Below are positions 24,001 to 61,466 of a DNA stretch of 61,466 nucleotides, piece after piece. Origin of the DNA: Phoronis australis (Eukaryota; Animalia; Phoronida); the NCBI GenBank assembly GCA_002633005.1, contig NMRA01000183.1, forward strand, positions 504,028 to 565,493. Direction: 5' to 3'. Below the pieces are notes generated by a model, which made no database searches, was not told the DNA's origin, and saw only the letters and a list, made by a program, of their open reading frames with translations. Within the stretch, counting starts at the first letter, position 1. Each line of letters opens with the position of its first letter. Position numbers and translations under genes: made by a program.

Positions 24001-27000
24001 GGAAGTGCCTGAAGCTATTGAGTGGATGAAGAGTCTCGCTGACTTCAAACCTCTTTGGATCGAGGAGCCCACCTCATGCGATGATGTGTTAGGTCATGCT
24101 GCTATAGCTAAGGTTTGAAAATAACTAGCGTGGTTGTTATTTATAATCTCAACCATCAATTCCACAACATTATTTCTACAAGGTTTATTGGTAAACCTAT
24201 AGTTTGCCAGATGTGATTTTTAACTTAGTTAATAACTGAAAGTCTATTTTCTGCACAGTCTTTTGGTAATCTCACTTCTAACAGCAAATTTTTTATGGCT
24301 GATAAATACAGTCCCGTAGTTGCACATGAGGTGTATTAACACAGTGTGGTGTTGCTGAGTTTGTTGTACTGTATGTTGTGCAATAATTGTAACCACACAG
24401 TTGTATATTCCATGCTCTGGGAGTATTGCCGTGGTCAGATTCATGAACCACAACTAGAATCTGCATGTTACATCACATGTCGTTTGTTTCATCAGAATTC
24501 AAATAGTTAAAGCCACAAAACAAACTTTTACTGATCAGACATATGCCTGTCTGTCTCAAAGTTTCAGAAACTTGTGAAAAATATTACTAATAATTAAATT
24601 TTTCTTTCGGTGTCAGACCAAAGTCAGATATTTTTTACCAAATTCATGGCTGCTTGGATTATGTTGTAGTTTTCAAACTAAGCTAGACAAACTTTGGAAG
24701 GACTGCCAAGCTTTGGAAATGATTGAGCAACTTTATACCTCAAGTATGAAATAACATCAACAAAGTTAACAAACTGATTGTGCATGGCCAAGCCTGATGT
24801 CAAACTTTTATATTTATTTATTAATAATTAAAGCCTTTTTTCAGTTAAGATGTAGTGTTTCGAAACCAGAGAGTACATGGGATCTTTTGGAAACTTTCCA
24901 TGAAATGGGAAGCCCCTGCTAATCATTGGCAGGCATTTGTTTCCATCACCTGACTACACTCATCTGTCTGATTGGTTGGTGACGGTACCTTGATTGACAC
25001 TTGACGACTACTTTTATTTTGTTAACAACATAATTATCTGATAGTAACTATTGTGGTGACAAAATTCTAATTACATAATGGCCTAGTTATCTTACTAACT
25101 TTTCTGTTAATCCCCCTTCATTCTTGTTTATGAGGTGAGGTTATTTGGATGGTGAATTTGACTTCCACCTTGCTGTCATGACGGAGAATAACGGGTCATT
25201 TGATCTGACAACTTTTGGTATGTGCATATACTGGTAATTCAGAAAATAGCTGTGAATCATTGCTTTTGTTTATATGTAGGCAGGCTTTTCTCTGAAATGT
25301 TCTCATTCATTTGGCTAATTTTCGTGACAACTCTTGCTGCAGGCGCTGAAGCCTCTCGGTATTGGTGTTGCCACAGGGGAGGCGTGTCACAACCGAATCA
25401 TGTTCAAGCAGTTACTGCAGGCTGAGGCCATATCATTCTGTCAGATTGACAGCTGTCGTCTGGGTGGAGTAAATGAAATCCTGGCTGTGTGTTTGATGGC
25501 AGCCAAATTTGGAAGTGAGTTTGCTTTATTAATTTTTTATACCCATCCTTGCTAAAGTTATGCATCGACTAACTACAAACAGGAACATGTCTGTTTGCAA
25601 GTTTGTCTTGTTTATAGCAAAGAATATTTTATTTTTAGAGTTAGTTGTTATGTCATGACAAATGCATTAAATTATACTTAATATGAATGTATTCCCTTTG
25701 AATATTTTTTCCAGGATAAAAATTAGCCTGTAATTGCCATTTCTTGAGTAATACATGCAGTGGGACTCATTGCGTAGGTCAGTCACAGGTTATGGGAAAA
25801 GCTCATGAGTCGTTGAACTCTAAAGGGGCACTATACCTTTACCTTATGTCAAAAGAACTTCTGATTGAGGTCACTCACCACCGTGACTGTTTTTATTTTT
25901 ATTTCTAACTGATCTCAAGACATATGCGATCAGGTTAACAAACTTAAGCTGCTTGTCACAGCCCGTTAATTTCAGCTACCGAACTAGTAAGTTCATCAAG
26001 AGAATTCTGGACATTTCAGTAGGACCTAATTCAGTTCAAATAATTGTTTAAGATGCCATTGATTCGGAAGAGTACATTTGCCTCTCAGAAGAAAGTTGTT
26101 TTTTGACACAACTGTTATGTTCGTGGTTTTCACTTGGATTGCAGAGTCCAAAACATAACCTTATACGGCACTGGTAGCTAGAATCATACATTGTGTAAGT
26201 TGTGCAAAACAATTTGAAGTCTGATTATGACTCATGAGCATATGATCTTTAGTTCTGACAAACAAGTTTTCAGTTGAGAGTTAGACAGCATAGTGAATGT
26301 ACCTTGTAGAACTCTAGAATATACCCACGTAAAACCATAACACAGAGTTGTGTCTGAAAGAGATTTTCATACAACAGCTTGGTACTTTGCATCTTGTTAA
26401 GATAAACTTGAAACCTTTAAAGGAGATGTATTTAATTGTATATTAGATTTTTAGCTGAAGTCTACGTGACTGTTTGCTTTCAATGTAATAATTGTTTTCT
26501 TTTGAATTAATGATTTCTGATTGAAGTACTTTTACCTCAAGTTGCCTGGATGTTAAATCAGATTATGCATCTCAAGAGATGGTGTTGTTTCTTTAGTTCC
26601 AGTGTGCCCACATGCAGGAGGTGTCGGCCTATGTGAAATGGTTCAACATCTTGCCATATTCAACTACATTGCCATCTCAGGATCACTGGAAAAGTGGTAA
26701 ATGCAATAATAGTGTTTTCGGTATCCGATATTTTGTGTCATTCATAGTTATTCCATTTCTATTGCCAATTGAAACTAGCTGTTGGTGTGTTTAATTTTGT
26801 GGTTCCCATTGAATGTTCAAATTTTTAAGTTAATCAATGATCAGAAAGTTTAAATCTGGATTTTGCTGTGTGTAGCTTGTTAAAAAACAAAAACTGAATT
26901 AGGTATTTTACTCTCATAAACTAAGTCTCGTATTCCTTACCATGATGTGATTTTATTTTTGTTACCAACAAGAACATCAAAACTGTCAGCAACTCAAGAA

Positions 27001-28982
27001 AATGGTTTATTGAGGTAATAGTAAACCCTAAAGTTGTGCATTTGGACATGTCACATGTACGCATTGCCTGTAACTTGAGTATTGTTGTGGACTTGGACAT
27101 GTCACTTGTCACATTTGGACATGTGCTATGTATGCATTGCCTGTAACCTGAGTTTTGAGAGCTGGTCCTCCAACTGTAAATGCCAGAATGGAGTTAATAA
27201 GTTGTGTTGGATATTGGCTACAGGGGTCATCTTCCCAACTTGTTGTTGGGCTATAGAATCGAACAAGTTGGTAGCAACGGGAAAATGCCGTAATGCCCAA
27301 AGCGCAATAGTAATAAGAACTCAGCATTGAAAGCTAAACAGAGACAAAATGCAGCTACAGCATGTATAGTATCATTCCACTTTCAGTGTTGTGGAATATG
27401 TTGATCACCTACATGAACATTTCAAGTTTCCATGTGTTGTGAAGAATGGCCACTACATGGCACCACTGGTTAGTATTGTCATTGATTATTTAAGTCATTT
27501 CTCTTCCATTTTTTGCAAAAGCGAGTATTGTGTCCAGACTGTCTAAAAGTGGTTCATGGTTTAAAGGCATAGATCCAGACTTTCCAAGTTTTAAAGAAAG
27601 CATGCTTCTAACTATGCTAATGTATAGCAGGAACTAAAGGACTATGCTATTTGAATGTCGTTTACTCTAATCAAAGTGCAGTTGTATTCACTGACAATTT
27701 GTAAATGTAAAAACAAAAAATCTGCAAATAGGTGACCTTTGCATTAATGACGTAACTGGTATTCTGCAGTGTTATTCCTCAACACCATGTCACGATACTT
27801 ACTAGACGTGGTTGATTTCTACACACAACTTCTTAAAAACATTTGGGAATTTTCAACATACAGTGTACTTCATATTCAGATCATCACTATATGTTGCGTG
27901 TCTAACCAATTTGACCAAGCAATCATAAAGATAAGGAATCAGCATTCAGCTCCACTTTTAATTTGTACAGGTCATAAAACCTGCAGTAGGGTCAAAAGTA
28001 CATTACGCCCACTCACAATATTTTGGCCTCACTCTGTATGCTAATACAGGGCACGATGCAGACATTCCCTTGCAAAAATTGTGGTGAATCCTAGAATTTG
28101 CTATGCGATTTGGAAATAAATATGAATGAGATGTCTTGTTGATTTATTCCTCATCTTGAAACCCAACCGATATTTAATTCTTAAAGATACTGCCTCATTA
28201 AAACCGTGAATATTTATTGTAGCAAGTGCCACCTTGTGACTTCCTGGATAACTGCGTGCAAGTATAATCAGGAAAAGAAACGATGAGATACACTTAAAAA
28301 CAAATGTGAACATGTAGAAATTACAAATATTATGCAATCTTTATTTGATCGTGAAAAGAACAAAATGAATAAAAACTGTGCCTTGTTTTATTAGGGTAAC
28401 GATGACATAAAAATACACAAAAATAGTAGAATTGCAAAACAAGACTTTCGCGAGATTGTAATCTTATGGTAACTTGTTCTGGGATGGTTTCCGGCTCACC
28501 GGAAGACCCGGGGTTGTTCGTAAACTAGTACTTCATTGCATATTCACAGTTTAATGAAACGTTGCATCTGTGCTTGAGCTGGTAGTCTGGAATCATTCAA
28601 AGGTATCTATTAAATATCATGGACTTATGTGTATGCCTGTTCTTGCACATGCTTCTCACTGTGCAGAACTTGCCAAACTTAGTGGAAGTGCGAGTACATC
28701 TTTAATAGATCAAGACAGATGCTTATCCATGTCAGTGCACACACGAAACATTACTGAAACTGGTGATTGCTTCTAATCACGGCATATTGTGGCAGCAGTG
28801 AGTCTGGAGATTTTGTGACAACTTTTTAGGAACCCCAGCAAAATGTTCACTAATCTTTGCAGGATCCGGGATATAGCACAGAAATGAAGGATTTCCAGGA
28901 GTACGAGTATCCAAAAGGCAGTGCGTGGGAGGCGCTGTTTCAGTCTGGGAAGATGAAACGACCACACCCAGATGAGCATTAG
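15047..28982 (+). CDS. ENOSF1: Enolase superfamily member 1 (rTS; L-fuconate dehydratase, mandelate racemase subgroup), 13 coding exons, 450 aa
   Basis: Exons (plus): 15047-15139, 16366-16468, 17943-18058, 18952-19106, 20119-20150, 22035-22156, 22570-22604, 23296-23383, 23978-24112, 25343-25514, 26597-26696, 27387-27468, 28863-28982; 1353 nt; phases consistent; all GT-AG. Motifs: [14 protein letters not shown]|[42 protein letters not shown] (KxK), [46 protein letters not shown]. Confidence 0.96.
17121..17249 (+). repeat. Interspersed repeat (second copy at 27167-27296) containing a hairpin
   Basis: GATATTGGCTACAGGGGT.ATCTTCCCAACTTGTTGTTGGG...GAACAAGTTGG is present in two ENOSF1 introns, with an internal IR CCAACTTGTT/AACAAGTTGG. 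Confidence 0.75.
19477..20075. mobile_element. Old MITE with ~160-bp imperfect terminal inverted repeats
   Basis: 19477-19636 (CCTAGAAA...GGAACAT...TGAAACTTTCAGAT...AATGTTCCA) is reverse-complementary to ~19902-20058. CTTAAG lies near the right end. Confidence 0.6.
20336..20660 (-). mobile_element. Degenerate reverse-oriented copy of the HINE-like family at 11669-12785
   Basis: Begins TTTATATGCGCCCACA, the reverse complement of the family's 3' hairpin. It has a CTGTCTGTC microsatellite and reverse CTCF-like motifs GCACCCCCTGTTGG (20497-20510) and GCACCTCTTGTTGG (20643-20656), 146 bp apart. Confidence 0.5.
27603..27815 (+). repeat. Interspersed repeat; uninterrupted paralog of 12850-13057
   Basis: AACTATGCTAATG.ATAGCAGGAACTAAA...TCTGCAAATAGGTGACCTTTG...GTCACGATACTTACTAGAC is shared with the copy in ACOT13 intron 1. 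Confidence 0.8.
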
Positions 28983-29429
28983 TGCAGAGGGGTCATGCAT
29001 TAATAGTTAGGCCAAAGGAGTGCCAATAGTAGTGGTGAGGTGCATTGATACAGAGCTATAGAACATTTAAGCAACTATCTCAACTTAATTAAAGACTCCA
29101 TTGTAAAATCTGCAGGCTCATCTGAGAATGCGTATTTGAGGTCCCTGTGACATCACCGTGTGTATTTGAGGTCCCAGTGACATCACCGTTGTTGTAACAG
29201 ATTGACTGTGTTTATTTTACAACAGGTAGTTTAATGTGCTAACTAAAACTTTTTAAAAGAATGCACTGCCAGTCTTTTTTCTATGATTACAAACGGGTTG
29301 TCTCAGTCTGCAAACCTCAATGAATGATGCGCTTTATATTTTGTGATCATGATAAAAAATATTTTATAATGTTTTTAAATGGAGAAGTTATGTATCAGTT
29401 GGTTTTGAAAACATTCATAGACTGACGGT

Positions 29430-29479
29430 AATAAAAACAAATCTGCACCCTAATATTATTCACTCCACACAGAAATAAA
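29430..29479 (+). terminator. Candidate ENOSF1 polyadenylation signals
   Basis: AATAAA at 29430-29435 and 29474-29479, about 450-490 nt after the ENOSF1 stop codon. Confidence 0.4.
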
Positions 29480-29859
29480 AAGCACAAAACAGGATATTAC
29501 TTTGACAAAGCATCTTATTAACATAATAAATGTTATAAAAATCAACAATGGCAATACAACCCGTGTATTTATTAATCATCAAAAGTCCTGTCAGTGGTTA
29601 AGCCATGACTTAACCACCCCATACTTAAATTGGTAATAGTCAAGTACAGTGGTCTGGCATTCTGAGAACCAGAGTTTTCTCTACTTTATAACAAGCAATG
29701 GATTGGCTTTCAAAATCCATTACTCCTGTAAGTGACTAGTGACCTTATCTTGGAAAGAAGGCTTGTAAAACGAAACTTTGTGTAACACAACCTGTTACAA
29801 CACTTCATGGTGTGCATTCAATAACACATAAGATGGATAATGTAGAGTTTTACCTGTCA

Positions 29860-30530
29860 GAGTCATGGAACTTTTTGAAACCACTAGACTTTCGGTCCCA
29901 TCTCAAGACCTTTGTCGGGTGGAATGGCGGGTAACTGAACCCATAGCTGTATTTGTTACGTCATCACCATTGCCTTGTGCCGTGTAATGTGACTGAAAGT
30001 TACTGCTTTCAGGAAGTTCCATGACTCAAATGCCGGTAACTTGAACATTCACTCTATTAACAAAGAAAATAGTTTTGAAACAACTAAGTGCAAACACCAT
30101 CTCTCTAGTATCTATCAGTAACAATTCTGTTGACACCCATATAGGAGAGAAAGACAATATTGTCTCACCTTCCAGTCTGTGTTCATCGGCAGCCACAGTA
30201 ATAGAAACTGGTTTCAGGAAGTCATGATCATGATTCAGAAAGAGAATTAAGTCAAATGTTGCGATAATTAGATCATGTAAACATTCAATTTGTAACAAAT
30301 CCTTTATAACTTCCTGCTGTGAATCTAGCAGCTTCAGGAGTAAGTGGACTCTCCTCAATTCATAATGTTACATCTAAAGTTTTGAATGCTAACTCTTGTT
30401 ATTACAAAACTTACAATGAAAAGGGGATTCACCTGCAAGTATATTCTGTGCAGCTCAATTCACAAGATATACAATAATGACACATACTGTAGTCCATCCT
30501 GATTGTGAACAAATGTCCAGTATTCCCTAC
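29860..30530 (-). mobile_element. Probable Penelope-like retroelement fossil (GIY-YIG remnant plus hammerhead-like terminus)
   Basis: Minus-strand fragments IIVYLVN*AAQNILAGES and NHDHDFLKPVSITV...HRLEGE...WVS..L.IDTR resemble GIY-YIG endonuclease motifs. Downstream CCAC-CCGACAA-AGGTC..GACC-GAAAGTC-TAGTGG (29881-29922) is hammerhead-like. Confidence 0.45.
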
Positions 30531-30657
30531 ACTGAAAAATAAGCTATGACTGCTGAAACAACCTGCCTGGAGCCACAATGGTCACAGACGTACTCTTCTT
30601 AATCTTGGTTTACTGATTACAAAAGCTGAACACACAATTCTTTCACGTTTTTTGCAT

Positions 30658-60658
<30,001 letters not shown>

Positions 60659-61294
60659 CTGAAATAAATGGTTAAAAAATTCTCAATCAACATTTGGTAC
60701 GGCACTCCTCCGGTCACCACCCAGGGGTTGGTGATAACATGACAGTTAAAAATGGAATTTCTGAGAAATCTGGTGCGGGTGTTTGTGCCCAAAGTTTATT
60801 GATGGGGTTAACAGATCAAGAAACTATTGACATCATACAACATGAGTCAAAGTAGTAGCAATTAACCAAAAGCACAACAGGCAAAGTGTGAACTCTCAGT
60901 GAGATATTGAAAAATGGTGACAAAAAATTGCAGTAGTATGAAAGTGGAAAATAGCTCTGCTTCTATAATTGGGTTCAAACTAAGCGATGGCACATCTTAA
61001 TACACTATGCTCATTAGATCTTCTGCAAATTATGCTTCACCCTGGTTAAACTACCTAAGTTGTATCAAGTAGCATTCACGCCCAGAGGGACACCTTTGGA
61101 GGATTTAGATGAAATACTTCTAACTCACACCAATACTACGACAATTAAAAATTTCTCTTGCCCCTTCATTTGCCAATAAAATTGGGAATTGGACTTTATT
61201 CCGTTCATACCAGAATTTCCCGTAGATAAGTCACCCGATGAAATGTCCATGGGCATTTATTCGGAATATTTTGCTGAAAAACGCCTGTGGGCGT

Positions 61295-61466
61295 TTATTA
61301 GGTGTTACAACTTCTGATGTCAAGTGTCCAGATAGTGAGATGGTTATTAGGTGTTACAACTTGTGATGTCAAGTGTCCAGATAGTGAGATGGTTATTAGG
61401 TGTTACAACTTGTGATGTCAAGTGTCCAGATAGTGAGATGGTTATTAGTGTTACAACTTGTGATGT
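61295..61466. repeat. 49-bp tandem repeat running off the window end
   Basis: Unit TTATTAGGTGTTACAACTTGTGATGTCAAGTGTCCAGATAGTGAGATGG, 3.5 copies visible. Confidence 0.9.

Noticed and set aside
28983-30657. TYMS next to ENOSF1, as in vertebrates
   Set aside because: No thymidylate synthase peptides were seen; the convergent neighbour is WASHC5.
60661-61466. Upstream WASHC5 exons encoding the N-terminal ~75 aa
   Set aside because: No matching peptide found in this interval; presumably beyond the window.

Overview
AT-rich eukaryotic (invertebrate animal-like) draft-assembly DNA with N gaps; no prokaryotic features such as CRISPR, rRNA or operons. I reconstructed three spliced genes by hand, with continuous reading frames and canonical splice boundaries. 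(1) ACOT13/THEM2 on the minus strand: 3 exons, 142 aa. (2) ENOSF1 (rTS / L-fuconate dehydratase) on the plus strand: 13 exons, 450 aa, head-to-head with ACOT13, with only 208 bp between the start codons. (3) WASHC5/strumpellin on the minus strand: 27 exons visible (1089 aa), with the 5' end beyond the right edge; it is convergent with ENOSF1. The rest is intronic or intergenic DNA with tandem repeats, MITEs, HINE/DINE-like elements, tRNA-derived SINE-like sequences, a THAP-containing transposon fossil and a probable Penelope-like fossil. I found no convincing novel multi-gene system. The most notable observations are: a WASHC5 intron that combines a GC donor, a recursive-type AG/GTGAGT acceptor and a G4-prone array of decoy donors; a mobile element carrying co-oriented CTCF-like motifs at ~150-bp spacing; and the E-box-rich bidirectional ACOT13/ENOSF1 promoter with possible alternative first exons. 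Homology calls rest on recalled human protein sequences, not on a search.
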